Source: an uncultured Bacteroidaceae bacterium | Lineage (GTDB): Bacteria > Bacteroidota > Bacteroidia > Bacteroidales > Bacteroidaceae | Assembly: GCA_905235285.1 (NCBI GenBank) | Contig: CAJOLI010000013.1 | Location: 6,116 to 70,115, forward strand | Length of the DNA: 64,000 bases | Reading direction: 5' to 3' | Shown: piece after piece, positions 36,832-46,891 of the stretch | How positions within the stretch are numbered: the first letter of the stretch is position 1 | How the letters are laid out: every line of letters starts with the position of its first letter | Made by a program: the position numbers and the translations under genes | The notes under the pieces: model-generated | What the model saw: the letters and a program-made list of their open reading frames with translations, nothing else | Databases searched by the model: none | Told to the model about the DNA's origin: nothing

Positions 36832-37367
36832 AAGACATGGACTGGAAGCTCCTGAAATCGGAGTATCTGTTTAAGAGACCGTGGCTCACCGCACGCCGCG
36901 ACACATGCCAGCTGCCCGACGGCCGCATCATGGACGAATATTATGTACTCGAATATCCTACCTTCATCAACGTCATAGCAATAACGAAGGACGGGCAGAT
37001 GGTGCTGGTCCGCCAATACCGCCACGGCCTCGGGCGCACCTGTTTCGAATTGGTTGCAGGCTGCGTGGAGACGGGCGAAGAGCCTATGGCCGCCGCAAAA
37101 CGGGAGCTGCAGGAAGAGACGGGCTACACTGGCGGCAAATGGAGCGAGACAATGATCTACTCATGCAACGCCAGCGCCATGAACAACCTCTCGCACAGTT
37201 TCCTGGCCATCGGCGTGGAGCGCACTGACGCCCAGCACCTCGATGCCACTGAAGACATAGAAGTGTACACCTTCACTCAAGATGAAGTCCGGGAGATGCT
37301 CTTGCGAGGCGACTTCATGCAAGCCTCGATGATAGCGCCCCTATACAAATACTTCTCGCACCTCTGA
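36828..37367 (+). CDS. NUDIX hydrolase
   Basis: The Nudix box is GCVETGEEPMAAAKRELQEETGY. The ATGA start overlaps the stop of the upstream kinase. Confidence 0.8.
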   Translation: MKDMDWKLLKSEYLFKRPWLTARRDTCQLPDGRIMDEYYVLEYPTFINVIAITKDGQMVLVRQYRHGLGRTCFELVAGCVETGEEPMAAAKRELQEETGYTGGKWSETMIYSCNASAMNNLSHSFLAIGVERTDAQHLDATEDIEVYTFTQDEVREMLLRGDFMQASMIAPLYKYFSHL

Positions 37368-37444
37368 TACAGACACATTAATGCCTTGGAGCCCTCTTAC
37401 TGATTAGGACCGTGGCAAGCCTAAAACAATGAAAAAGAACCGAC

Positions 37445-38326
37445 TTGATTTATCATGTTGCGGCACTGATGGTTGTAGCCATCTGGGGCTCTACGTTTGT
37501 GTATACCAAGCTGCTGCTCATGCACGGTCTCTCGGCTGCGATGATTTTCACGTTGCGCTTTATTCTTGCCTACGTCATGCTCCTTGCCTACTCCCTCACG
37601 CGCAAATCCTTCCGCCTGATGGCCGATTCCGTCAAGGACGAACTGCTCATGCTGGGCTTGGGCATCTCGGGCGGCTCGCTATACTTCCTGACAGAGAACA
37701 GTGCCATGAACTACACGACGACGACCAACACTTCGCTCATCGTATGCCTCTGTCCGCTATTTGCCACTGTCTTGATTTCAGCCTTCTACAAGTCTGAAAG
37801 GCTGCACGGCGCTCAGATTGTAGGCACGCTGATGTCTGCCGTCGGAGTAGTCATCGTGGTACTCAACGGCCGCTTTCTGCTCAAGCTGTCGCCTCTGGGC
37901 GATGCCCTGGCCTTCGCTGCATGTCTGTGCTGGGCCGTCTACTCCTTGCTGATGATCAGAGCCTCGGAACGCTACGACACGATATTCACGACACGCAAGG
38001 TGTTTGCCTACGGACTCATATCCATAATTCCGTATTATATGATATGGCCTGAGTGGCCAGACTGGGAGGTTGTCATGCAACCCGAAGTGCTTGCCAACCT
38101 GCTATTCCTTGGCTGCGTGGCCTCTATGCTTTGTTTTGTCGTATGGAACTGGGTGCTTAAACACATAGGAGCCGTCACGACGACAAACTATGCCTATTTT
38201 AATCCCGTGATGACGATGTTGCTTGCCTGGGCTCTGCTCTCTGAGCGCATTACGTTTTATTTCATCGCAGGAACAGCGCTCATATTCGTGGGAATATACT
38301 TAATAAACAGACAGACTGAGGAGTGA
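37445..38326 (+). CDS. EamA/DMT-family transporter
   Basis: About ten TM segments, with AIWGSTFVYTK typical of EamA. The start is ambiguous: a TTG at 37445, an ATG at 37469, or the out-of-frame ATG at 37429 (MKKNR) one base off across an A5 run. Confidence 0.7.
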   Translation: MIYHVAALMVVAIWGSTFVYTKLLLMHGLSAAMIFTLRFILAYVMLLAYSLTRKSFRLMADSVKDELLMLGLGISGGSLYFLTENSAMNYTTTTNTSLIVCLCPLFATVLISAFYKSERLHGAQIVGTLMSAVGVVIVVLNGRFLLKLSPLGDALAFAACLCWAVYSLLMIRASERYDTIFTTRKVFAYGLISIIPYYMIWPEWPDWEVVMQPEVLANLLFLGCVASMLCFVVWNWVLKHIGAVTTTNYAYFNPVMTMLLAWALLSERITFYFIAGTALIFVGIYLINRQTEE

Positions 38327-39338
38327 GCGAGAGAACACCCACAACGATAAGCCCCAAGAACAGGACAACGAACAACGTCCGTGCGACCCACGAATGCGAG
38401 AACGTGGCCCAGTAAGCACACGCAGGCACTGAGGTAAATAGAAGCAATGGAAAAAGAAAGCGGAAGAGCCACGGTTGCAGCAAGAGCCATATGGCAACAC
38501 ACAGTTGCATCGTGATGATAGCGTAGTGACACATTCTCACACGCGTCTTATCATCGAAGCTGTTGGTGCAGTAAAAGATAACGCCCGTAGCCCCCATCAG
38601 CACGACCAGCACCAACGCAGCCATTTCCGCGAGGTGGCCGGCAAGAAGCCCCGCCCAGAACGAAGCCAAGCGCCCACGCTCTATGGCAAACCACGATGGG
38701 GCATCGTAGGTCTGGGCCAGCAGCAGCTCATGCCGGACCTGCATGCCAAGGCGGATGGCCGGAGCTGCCATCTCACGGGCATGAGCTACGAAAGGACTGA
38801 TATCACCCATGACAAACAGCACTGAGCTCCAAAAGATGTAGGGGAGAAACAGCCCCATCGCCGCTGCGCTAAAGCTGCGCAGAGAGAGTGACCGCAAGAG
38901 AAAGACCTGCACAAACAACAAGACGGGCGACAGGCATACCAAGGGTGGCCAGGCCAGACTACCAAGCGAGAGGAAGAGATAAGAGTGGAAGGTGTCAAGT
39001 TCCGGACGCGTCTTCTCGCACGTACGTAACAGCGAATACAAGGATGCTATCAATGACAGCTGAACGAGTAAGCCAGGACATAGTTCATGCAGGAAGCCGC
39101 AGACAGCCATCAACAGCAAGAAGAGACTGGATACCATTCGAGAACGCACACGCAGCAAGGCGTTCTGAGCCACCATCTCGATGATAAACAGAACAGCGAA
39201 GACACAAACGCCCCAACCTAAGAGGTACGGCAATGAATAGCCGCCTTGTGGAAGCCACCAAAGCAACGTGGTGAGCACAGCTGCCACAGGAAGAGTTACA
39301 GAACTGCGCGCTATCCTGTTATGCCAACGTATTCTCAC
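38280..39338 (-). CDS. Polytopic membrane protein, function unknown
   Basis: 352 aa with many hydrophobic helices. The ATGA start overlaps the purD stop, and the 3' end overlaps the convergent EamA gene by 47 nt. Confidence 0.5.
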   Translation of the reverse strand: MRIRWHNRIARSSVTLPVAAVLTTLLWWLPQGGYSLPYLLGWGVCVFAVLFIIEMVAQNALLRVRSRMVSSLFLLLMAVCGFLHELCPGLLVQLSLIASLYSLLRTCEKTRPELDTFHSYLFLSLGSLAWPPLVCLSPVLLFVQVFLLRSLSLRSFSAAAMGLFLPYIFWSSVLFVMGDISPFVAHAREMAAPAIRLGMQVRHELLLAQTYDAPSWFAIERGRLASFWAGLLAGHLAEMAALVLVVLMGATGVIFYCTNSFDDKTRVRMCHYAIITMQLCVAIWLLLQPWLFRFLFPLLLFTSVPACAYWATFSHSWVARTLFVVLFLGLIVVGVLSLTPQSVCLLSIFPRI

Positions 39339-40615
39339 AGGTCAGAGCCGATATCGTGGCGGAAGTATTTACCTTCAAACTGTATCTTATTGGCAACGGC
39401 AAAGCTACGCTCCATGGCCTCAGCCTGAGTGCTGCCATACGATGACACAGCTATGACACGGCCACCAGCCGTCACCACTTGCCCATCGGCCGAGAGAGCG
39501 GTGCCGGCATGAAAGACCACTGTGTCAGCACTCTCATTAACTTCAGACAAATCAATGGGGAAGCCCTTCTTGTAAGACCCGGGATAGCCGCCGCTGACAA
39601 GCATCACACATACGGCCTTGCGAGGGTCGATGGTCATGGAGCGCTGGTCGAGATCGCCTGCAGCTACTCCATTGAAGAGGTCTACGATATCACTCTCGAG
39701 GCGAAGCATCACTGTTTCGGTCTCGGGATCACCCATTCGGCAGTTATATTCGATAACCTTCGGGTCGCCATTGCAGTTGATGAGTCCTAAGAAAATGAAG
39801 CCCTTGTAGTCAAGGCCCTCAGAGTCAAGGCCCTCAACCGTAGGACGTATGATGCGGTCTTCCACTTTCTGCATCCATTCAGCATCGGCAAAAGGCACGG
39901 GCGAAACCGAGCCCATTCCGCCTGTGTTCAGACCTGTATCGCCCTCACCAATACGTTTGTAATCCTTTGCCTCGGGCAAAATCTTGTAATGATGACCGTC
40001 TGTAAGTACAAACACCGAACATTCAATGCCAGAAAGGAACTCTTCAATGACTACACGTGCCGATGCCTGGCCGAACATACCGCCGAGCATCTCCTCGAGT
40101 TCGCGCTTGGCTTCGTCGAGCGTCGGCACGATGAGGACGCCCTTGCCTGCACACAGGCCGTCGGCCTTGAGGACGTACGGCGGCTGCAGTGTCTCGAGGA
40201 AGGCAAGTCCTTCGGCAAGATGATTGCCGTCAAAGGTCTGATAGGCGGCTGTCGGGATAGCGTGGCGACGCATAAACTGCTTGGCAAAATCCTTGGAGCC
40301 CTCGAGCTGGGCACCGGCTTTAGACGGACCAATGACAGGGATTCGGCACAATGCCTCGTCATCGCGGAAAAAGTCGTAAATGCCCTTTACCAATGGGTCT
40401 TCGGGGCCTACGATAACCATATCAACGCGCTCTGTCAGGACAAAGTGCTTGATGCCCTCGAAGTCATCGGCCTTAAGGGCAACGTTCACTGCTCCGCCTG
40501 CCTGTGTTCCTGCATTACCTGGAGCAACAAAAAGAGTCTCTACACGAGGCGACTGCATGATTTTCCATGCCAATGCATGTTCGCGCCCACCGCTACCTAA
40601 AAGAAGTATCTTCAT
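39335..40615 (-). CDS. purD: Phosphoribosylamine-glycine ligase
   Basis: [19 protein letters not shown]..., an ATP-grasp body, 426 aa. Confidence 0.95.
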   Translation of the reverse strand: MKILLLGSGGREHALAWKIMQSPRVETLFVAPGNAGTQAGGAVNVALKADDFEGIKHFVLTERVDMVIVGPEDPLVKGIYDFFRDDEALCRIPVIGPSKAGAQLEGSKDFAKQFMRRHAIPTAAYQTFDGNHLAEGLAFLETLQPPYVLKADGLCAGKGVLIVPTLDEAKRELEEMLGGMFGQASARVVIEEFLSGIECSVFVLTDGHHYKILPEAKDYKRIGEGDTGLNTGGMGSVSPVPFADAEWMQKVEDRIIRPTVEGLDSEGLDYKGFIFLGLINCNGDPKVIEYNCRMGDPETETVMLRLESDIVDLFNGVAAGDLDQRSMTIDPRKAVCVMLVSGGYPGSYKKGFPIDLSEVNESADTVVFHAGTALSADGQVVTAGGRVIAVSSYGSTQAEAMERSFAVANKIQFEGKYFRHDIGSDL

Positions 40616-40701
40616 TTCTGACCAACGTTATTTGAATTATGATTTAAAATTCATTCTACAATCTGTCTGTTACTTATCTAATTATGCGTCATTAGATACC
40701 T

Positions 40702-42069
40702 CTATTTGCCTAACACCTTTGATATCATTTGTTCGGTATTCACGCTGGTTTGTTCGCCAGTAAGCATATTCTTGAGCGTGAAAACGCCCTCTGCCATCTC
40801 GCTTTCTCCGGCAAGGGCCACGAACGGAATAGCACGTGCGTTGGCATACGACATCTGTTTTTTCATCTTACTGGCGTCAGGGTAGATCTCTGCACGAATG
40901 CCTGCGCCGCGGGCTGCAGCCAGAGCCGGCAGGGCATAGGCGGCCTCGGCCTCACCGAAGTTGACAAACAGCAGCTGTGTTGCCGTCGTTATCTCTTGAG
41001 GATAGAGTTCGAGCTGATTCAGCACATCATAGATACGATCGGCGCCGAAAGAAATGCCTACGCCTGACAGGCCGGGCATGCCAAAGATGCCTGTCAGGTT
41101 ATCATAGCGACCTCCGCCTGTGATGCTGCCTATTTCCACATCCAGAGCCTTCACTTCAAAGATGCAGCCGGTATAGTAATTGAGGCCACGGGCCAGGGTC
41201 AGATCCAGTTCGATGGCGTTTGTCAGGGCACAAGCCTTCAGCGTATTCAACACAAACTCCACTTCTTCAATACCTTTCATGCCGGACTCGCTGTCCTTAA
41301 GCACTTGGCGCATAGTATGGATTTTCTCCTCGTTTGTGCCGCTGAGCTTGATGATAGGTTGCAGCTTCTCGATAGCTTCGGCCGGGATTCCGTCTTCTGC
41401 CAATTCAGCATTGACGGCTTCGAGGCCTATCTTATCGAGCTTGTCGATAGCCACCGTGATATCCACTATCTTATCGGCTTCGCCAATCATCTCTGCAATA
41501 CCACTGAGGATCTTACGGTTGTTAATCTTGATGCAGACACGTATTCCGAAGCGGCGGAACACCTCATCAACGATTTGCATGAGTTCGACCTCATTCAGCA
41601 AGGAGTCTGACCCTACGACATCGGCATCACACTGGTAGAACTCGCGATAGCGACCTTTCTGTGGGCGGTCGGCTCGCCAGACAGGCTGAATCTGGAAACG
41701 GCGGAACGGCAACGTCAGTTCCTCACGATGCTGCACAACGAAGCGCGCAAAGGGCACGGTGAGGTCGTAGCGCAAACCTTTTTCGCAGAGCTTGGCAGCC
41801 AGCTTGGGCGTGCCTTCGCCCGTCAATGCCTGCGGATCTATTCCTCGCAGGAAATCGCCGCTATCAAGAATCTTAAACAAAAGTTTGTCGCCCTCTTCGC
41901 CATACTTGCCCATCAGCGTGGAGAGATTTTCCATCGCGGGAGTTTCAATCTGACGAAAACCATAGAGCGCATAAACGCTTCGGATCGTGTCGAAGATATA
42001 GTTGCGACGCGCCATCTCTGCCGGGCCGAAGTCGCGAGTGCCTTTTGGTATGCTTGGTTTTTGTGCCAT
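40702..42069 (-). CDS. hisS: Histidine-tRNA ligase
   Basis: [41 protein letters not shown] and class II motifs ([18 protein letters not shown]). Length is 455 aa. Confidence 0.95.
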   Translation of the reverse strand: MAQKPSIPKGTRDFGPAEMARRNYIFDTIRSVYALYGFRQIETPAMENLSTLMGKYGEEGDKLLFKILDSGDFLRGIDPQALTGEGTPKLAAKLCEKGLRYDLTVPFARFVVQHREELTLPFRRFQIQPVWRADRPQKGRYREFYQCDADVVGSDSLLNEVELMQIVDEVFRRFGIRVCIKINNRKILSGIAEMIGEADKIVDITVAIDKLDKIGLEAVNAELAEDGIPAEAIEKLQPIIKLSGTNEEKIHTMRQVLKDSESGMKGIEEVEFVLNTLKACALTNAIELDLTLARGLNYYTGCIFEVKALDVEIGSITGGGRYDNLTGIFGMPGLSGVGISFGADRIYDVLNQLELYPQEITTATQLLFVNFGEAEAAYALPALAAARGAGIRAEIYPDASKMKKQMSYANARAIPFVALAGESEMAEGVFTLKNMLTGEQTSVNTEQMISKVLGK

Positions 42070-42112
42070 CTATATATTATAATTATTGTGTATGCTGTAG
42101 TAAAAATCGGTG

Positions 42113-42120
42113 CAAAAATA
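42113..42120 (-). promoter_or_regulatory. -7 promoter box TATTTTTG for hisS
   Basis: Exact TAnnTTTG match 44 nt upstream of the ATG at 42069. Confidence 0.45.
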
Positions 42121-42192
42121 GGTTATTTATTTTGTCTGAGCAAACAACACGACAATTTTCATTACGTAAATTTCCCCTCTTGATTATCATCG

Positions 42193-43218
42193 TCACCTGC
42201 CGAGGCTATCGAACGTTCGTTTGCCCCTCAGATAATATGCCACCAGGATGCTTGATGAATATAGCTCTGGGATTCGCCCGACCTTCGTGGCAGCCAGGTT
42301 TGCGGCCCTGTCGGCGGCGAAATCACCCTTAATCTTGCGGAACTCGCGGCGAGCCTGCCACACGGCGCGGAAGCTACGGACTTCGCCTTTGAGCAGGAAC
42401 ACCAAGGAAGCGAGGGAATCGAGGAAGAAGCGCGTGAACAGCACGCGGCGCAGACTGCTTACCGGTAGGTTCTTGTAGAGCAAGAGAAGGTTATTGCGGA
42501 AATTGAGGAGTGTCTTGCGCGGATTTGCTTTTGGCAGCGTGCCGCCACCTACATGGTATACAACAGACTGTGGGATGCACACTATGCGATAGCCTCGGGC
42601 ACGGAGACGCCAGCAGAGGTCTATCTCCTCCTGATGAGCAAAGAACCGGCCATCAAGTCCACCGACTTCCCAGTATATCTTGGCACGAATCATAAGAGCT
42701 GCGCCCGTAGCCCAGAAGACATCGGCCACATCGTCATACTGGCCGAGGTCGGGCTCCACGCTGTCGAACACACGTCCGCGGCAGAATGGATAGCCCAGGC
42801 AATCAATGTAGCCGCCAGCGCCTCCGGCATATTCGAAATGCGTCGGTGTGTGCTCGGCACGCAGTTTAGGCTGACAAGCAGCGACATCAGGATGGTCATC
42901 CATATACTGAATGAGCGGTTGAATCCAAGCCTCGGGTGTCTCAACATCGGAGTTGAGCAGCAGATAATAGTCGCAATCCTCCCCTACCCTACGGAGAGCC
43001 TGGTTATAGCCCTCGGCAAAGCCATAGTTTCTGTCCAGTGTAATGACACGCACCTCCGCGAACTCCGAAGCGAGGACGGCAAGGGAGTCGTCAGTGGAGC
43101 CATTGTCGGCCACGACGATGTCTGCTATCTCCCGGGGCGTGTTAGAGAGTACTGACGGCAGGAAGCGGCGAAGCATCTGAGCTCCGTTCCAGTTTAGTAT
43201 GACGATAGATATTCTCAT
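42193..43218 (-). CDS. Family 2 glycosyltransferase
   Basis: MRISIVILNWNGAQMLRRFLPSV...VADNGSTDDS...NYGFAEGYN, the GT2 signature. Confidence 0.8.
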   Translation of the reverse strand: MRISIVILNWNGAQMLRRFLPSVLSNTPREIADIVVADNGSTDDSLAVLASEFAEVRVITLDRNYGFAEGYNQALRRVGEDCDYYLLLNSDVETPEAWIQPLIQYMDDHPDVAACQPKLRAEHTPTHFEYAGGAGGYIDCLGYPFCRGRVFDSVEPDLGQYDDVADVFWATGAALMIRAKIYWEVGGLDGRFFAHQEEIDLCWRLRARGYRIVCIPQSVVYHVGGGTLPKANPRKTLLNFRNNLLLLYKNLPVSSLRRVLFTRFFLDSLASLVFLLKGEVRSFRAVWQARREFRKIKGDFAADRAANLAATKVGRIPELYSSSILVAYYLRGKRTFDSLGR

Positions 43219-44525
43219 TCTGCTATCAGTGCCGACTTATCGGCGTTCCATTTTGTGAGATGCAGGGGCTGGATGCTGTTGTCACATCCTCGCCCTTGAT
43301 ATTCCACTTTTATATAGTTGTCTGTAAAGCCATTGTAGACACCCTTCGTTCGCGTATGCTCGAGCAGTACCGGCCTCGTGGTGCCGATGAAGCACTCGTA
43401 GAAAGCGTGTAGCTTGGCCTGGCTGAGAGCGAGCAGACGCTGGCTGCGCTCATGTTTTTCCTCCGGTCGGACTACATGAGGTATGCGCAGGGCCGCAGTA
43501 CCTGGCCTTTCACTGTAGCTGAACACATGAAGCTGAGAAACTGGCAACGACTCTATGAAGCGTTCGGACTCCGCAAAGCGTTCGGCTGTCTCACCTCGAG
43601 TGCCGACGATGACGTCAACTCCGATGAAGGCATCGGGCATCAGTTCGCGCACGCGCGATACCTTATTATAAAAGAGGGCCGTGTCGTAGCGTCTGTGCAT
43701 CAGACGGAGCACCTCGTCGGAGCCTGACTGCAAGGGGATATGAAAATGCGGCATGAAGGCACGGCTCGAGGTGCAGAACTCGAGGACTTCATCGGTCAAA
43801 AGGTTTGGCTCGATGCTGGAGATTCTGTAGCGCTCGATGCCCTCTACACTATCCAAAGCGCGTAGCAGTGCTATGAAGGTCTCGCCCGTAGAACGCCCGA
43901 AATCGCCGATGTTCACTCCCGTGATAACGATTTCCTTTCCACCCTCGGCGGCAGCCTGGCGGGCCTGCCCTACTATATTTTCTATCGAGCCATTGCGGCT
44001 ACGCCCCCGCGCAAAAGGTATAGTGCAATAGGTGCAGAAATAATTGCAGCCGTCCTGAACCTTCAGGAAGAAACGAGTACGATCGCCACAAGAACAGGAA
44101 GGGACAAAGACATCGGTAACGGGTTTCGCTCCGGGGGTGGGCACGCCATGCTCTGACTCGCAAAAATGCTTCTGCACATACTGCAATATGCTACCCTTCT
44201 CACTCTGCCCAAGCACGAGGCTGACACCGGGTATGGCCGCCACCTCGGCGGGCTTGAGCTGAGCATAACATCCTACAACGACGACCAAGGCACCGGGGTT
44301 GAGACGGACGAGTTTGTGGATAGCTTGCCGGCACTTGTGATCGGCCACTTCGGTGACGCTGCATGTGTTTATAACGCAGATGTCGGCCGGCTCGCCTCGC
44401 CGAGCCTTCGCCACACCGGCATCCGCAAGCTGACGAGCAATGGACGACGTCTCAGCAAAGTTCAGTTTGCAGCCGAGGGTGAAATATGTCGCGCGAAGAC
44501 CTTGGAGGCTATTGTCAGGTTCCAT
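43215..44525 (-). CDS. mtaB: Radical-SAM methylthiotransferase, MtaB-like (tRNA ms2t6A)
   Basis: UPF0004 N-domain (YFTLGCKLNFAETSSI...INTCSVT). The radical SAM motif is CNYFCTYCTIP, followed by a TRAM-like C-terminus. Length is 436 aa. Confidence 0.8.
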   Translation of the reverse strand: MEPDNSLQGLRATYFTLGCKLNFAETSSIARQLADAGVAKARRGEPADICVINTCSVTEVADHKCRQAIHKLVRLNPGALVVVVGCYAQLKPAEVAAIPGVSLVLGQSEKGSILQYVQKHFCESEHGVPTPGAKPVTDVFVPSCSCGDRTRFFLKVQDGCNYFCTYCTIPFARGRSRNGSIENIVGQARQAAAEGGKEIVITGVNIGDFGRSTGETFIALLRALDSVEGIERYRISSIEPNLLTDEVLEFCTSSRAFMPHFHIPLQSGSDEVLRLMHRRYDTALFYNKVSRVRELMPDAFIGVDVIVGTRGETAERFAESERFIESLPVSQLHVFSYSERPGTAALRIPHVVRPEEKHERSQRLLALSQAKLHAFYECFIGTTRPVLLEHTRTKGVYNGFTDNYIKVEYQGRGCDNSIQPLHLTKWNADKSALIAE

Positions 44526-44547
44526 TTGGCTATCTTGTTTTCGGCTG

Positions 44548-44555
44548 CAAAGATA
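44548..44555 (-). promoter_or_regulatory. -7 promoter box TATCTTTG for mtaB-GT2
   Basis: Exact match 23 nt upstream of the ATG at 44525. Confidence 0.5.
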
Positions 44556-44706
44556 GCACTTTTACCTCAGACTGGCACGCTGTCATGATTTTTTAACATT
44601 TCCTTATACGTCTGATTAAGAGCAATTTAAGGCAAAGTTAAAAAAATAAATGAAAAATAAATAAAAAAAAGTTGAAGAAAAAAGTACAACGTATCTAAAA
44701 AGTGCT

Positions 44707-44714
44707 TACCTTTG
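44707..44714 (+). promoter_or_regulatory. -7 promoter box TACCTTTG for the small lipoprotein gene
   Basis: Exact match 57 nt upstream of the ATG at 44771. Confidence 0.5.
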
Positions 44715-44770
44715 CAGCGTTTTTAGAAAGCACATTATTGTTTTACAGAATTAAAAAGCAAAAAAAGAAA

Positions 44771-44980
44771 ATGAAAAAGGTTGCATTTATGTTCGTAGCC
44801 GCTATGGCTATCTCTTTCGCATCTTGCGGTGGCCAGGCTACTGCTACTGCTGAGGCTGTTGACTCTCTCGCTGAGACTTGCGACAGCATCGTAGAGGAAG
44901 TCATCGACAGCACCCTCGAGGTTGTTGACAGCGCCGCTGCTGAGGTCGTAGAGGCCGCTCAGGAAGTTGTTGCTGAGTAA
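44771..44980 (+). CDS. Small acidic lipoprotein, unknown function
   Basis: MKKVAFMFVAAMAISFASCGG has a lipobox and is followed by an acidic Ala/Val/Glu-rich 45 aa. The gene has its own promoter box and terminator. Confidence 0.5.
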   Translation: MKKVAFMFVAAMAISFASCGGQATATAEAVDSLAETCDSIVEEVIDSTLEVVDSAAAEVVEAAQEVVAE

Positions 44981-45028
44981 TTAACAGACACTTCCGTTCC
45001 CTGCGAACATTAATCACAGGAAACGTAT

Positions 45029-45060
45029 AGGAGTTGCATGGGATGTGTGACTCCTTTTTT
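45029..45060 (+). terminator. Rho-independent terminator
   Basis: AGGAGT-15 nt loop-ACTCCT followed by TTTTTT. Confidence 0.55.
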
Positions 45061-45137
45061 GTATACCTGCTGTTGCCGGCTGAGGTGTATACGACGTCAT
45101 CCGCTGTCGGCGATATGAAAGGCAGCTTACAACGAAA

Positions 45138-45168
45138 GAAGCTCAAGACGCGTCTGGTCTTGAGCTTC
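45138..45168. terminator. Strong hairpin, bidirectional terminator (downstream of rplI)
   Basis: 12-bp perfect stem GAAGCTCAAGAC / GTCTTGAGCTTC, with T-rich tracts on both sides. Confidence 0.65.
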
Positions 45169-45202
45169 TATTTTTATATTGCTGTTTATTTGCCGTCAAG
45201 GG

Positions 45203-45772
45203 TTATGCTTCTGCAGGGGCATCGAGCTCCTCAAGCACTTCCTGCTCGTCGGCCAGCTCCTGAGCTGCCTCGACATCGACGGGAGCTTCCTCAACAGGAG
45301 CTTCCTCTGCCTGAGCCTCTTCAACGGGAGCGCTCTCAGCAACGACGGTGACGGGGATTGTCACGCTGACTTCCTTGTGCAGACGGATTGTGGCGCTGTG
45401 CTCGCCAACGGTCTTCACGTCCTTGATGGTGATGAGCTTACGATCGATGTCGAAGCCAAGCTTAGCGAGCTCGTTGGCAATCATCAGGCTGTTGACACTG
45501 CCGTAGATGGTGCCGTTGTTGCTGACCTTAGCAGGTATGGTCAGGGCTACGCCCTCGAACTTGGCAGCAGCATTCTCGGCATCTGCCTTAATCTTCTCGA
45601 GCTTCTTAGCTTTCTGCTTGAGCTCCTCGGCGAGCATCTTCTTTGCGCTCTCTGACGCGATGACGCCCTTACCCTGGGGAATAAGATAGTTGCGGCCGTA
45701 GCCGGACTTCACGTTTACGATGTCGTGCTTGTAGCCCAAGCCGATAACATCTTCTTTCAGAATTATTTCCAT
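45203..45772 (-). CDS. rplI: 50S ribosomal protein L9 with acidic C-terminal extension
   Basis: MEIILKEDVIGLGYKHDIVNVKSGYGRNYLIPQGKG. Length is 189 aa, against roughly 150 for a typical L9. Confidence 0.9.
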   Translation of the reverse strand: MEIILKEDVIGLGYKHDIVNVKSGYGRNYLIPQGKGVIASESAKKMLAEELKQKAKKLEKIKADAENAAAKFEGVALTIPAKVSNNGTIYGSVNSLMIANELAKLGFDIDRKLITIKDVKTVGEHSATIRLHKEVSVTIPVTVVAESAPVEEAQAEEAPVEEAPVDVEAAQELADEQEVLEELDAPAEA

Positions 45773-45793
45773 AGTGCTTATTCCTCCTTATTA

Positions 45794-46057
45794 TTATTTC
45801 ATCATATCGGTAACGAAGGGCAGCAGAGCGAGGTGACGGGCGCGCTTCACAGCCTGCGCCACGCGACGCTGGTACTTGAGCGATGTTCCGGTGATACGGC
45901 GGGGCAGAATCTTGCCCTGCTCGTTGAGGAACTTCTTCAGGAACTCGGGGTTCTTGTAGTCGATATACTTAATGCCGAGCTTCTTGAAGCGGCAATACTT
46001 TTTCTTCTTGACGTCTACGGTGGGCGGTGTCAAATAACGTATTTCTGTCTGTGCCAT
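45794..46057 (-). CDS. rpsR: 30S ribosomal protein S18
   Basis: [56 protein letters not shown]. Confidence 0.95.
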   Translation of the reverse strand: MAQTEIRYLTPPTVDVKKKKYCRFKKLGIKYIDYKNPEFLKKFLNEQGKILPRRITGTSLKYQRRVAQAVKRARHLALLPFVTDMMK

Positions 46058-46060
46058 TGC

Positions 46061-46402
46061 TTAGTCCTCCTTGTTTGCAAGTTTATTTCTTCTCTTCTCA
46101 GCATATTCGGCTGCGAACTTGTCGTTCTTGACAGTCAGATAGCGGAGCACGCGCTCGTCGCGGCGATAGTTTACTTCGAGCTTGCTGATAAGCGTGGGAT
46201 CGGCCTTGAACTCAATCATCACGTAGTAGCCCGTGGATTTCTTCTCGATGGGGTAAGCGAGTTTCTTCAGACCCCACATCTCTTCGTTCATGAGTTCTGC
46301 GCCGCCATCGGTGAGAATCTTCTTGAACTTTTCGACCGCTTCCTTTGTCTGCTCTTCAGACAAAACGGGAGTTAGAATGAAAACGGTTTCGTACTGATTC
46401 AT
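46061..46402 (-). CDS. rpsF: 30S ribosomal protein S6
   Basis: [18 protein letters not shown]...[12 protein letters not shown]. Confidence 0.95.
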   Translation of the reverse strand: MNQYETVFILTPVLSEEQTKEAVEKFKKILTDGGAELMNEEMWGLKKLAYPIEKKSTGYYVMIEFKADPTLISKLEVNYRRDERVLRYLTVKNDKFAAEYAEKRRNKLANKED

Positions 46403-46448
46403 AATTGTTTAATGGGTTAATAATGATTGCTTTTGCAAAAATGCTCGG

Positions 46449-46456
46449 CAAAGGTA
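46449..46456 (-). promoter_or_regulatory. -7 promoter box TACCTTTG for rpsF-rpsR-rplI
   Basis: Exact match 47 nt upstream of the ATG at 46402. Confidence 0.5.
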
Positions 46457-46640
46457 CTGCTTTTTTTTAATATGGCAATGCTTTCTGGCATTTTTCTTGA
46501 AAATATTTTGCGACTTACGAGCCTATAGCAGAAAAATAGTGTGTCAGCTAAACTTTTTTGCCTGAAAATTTCGTGGGTTCAGGTTTTTTGTCTTATTTTG
46601 TGCTGTCGAATGAGTAAACAATAACATTATACGTATCACT

Positions 46641-46832
46641 ATGAAACTTTATTTAGGTATTATCACAGCCATCGTTGGTGCTGTGATTCTTCTCCTGAGC
46701 TATCTCTTGGATTGGGTTGACAACAATTTGGTTCAGTTTTTGGCCGTATTGCTGATTGTTGCCGGCATAGCCCTGCACATCTTCGTCAACTACAAGAAAC
46801 CCGACTACATTCAGTCCAATGCAGAAGAGTAG
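46641..46832 (+). CDS. Small two-TM membrane protein, unknown function
   Basis: 63 aa with two hydrophobic helices. A strong terminator follows. Confidence 0.4.
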   Translation: MKLYLGIITAIVGAVILLLSYLLDWVDNNLVQFLAVLLIVAGIALHIFVNYKKPDYIQSNAEE

Positions 46833-46838
46833 ACGAGC

Positions 46839-46874
46839 AAAGGGGCCGCGCTTGAGCGCGGCCCCTTTCTTTTT
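46839..46874. terminator. Bidirectional rho-independent terminator between convergent genes
   Basis: AAAGGGGCCGCGC-TTGA-GCGCGGCCCCTTT followed by CTTTTTG. Confidence 0.75.
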
Positions 46875-46891
46875 GCCGTCCTGGCCGAGGT

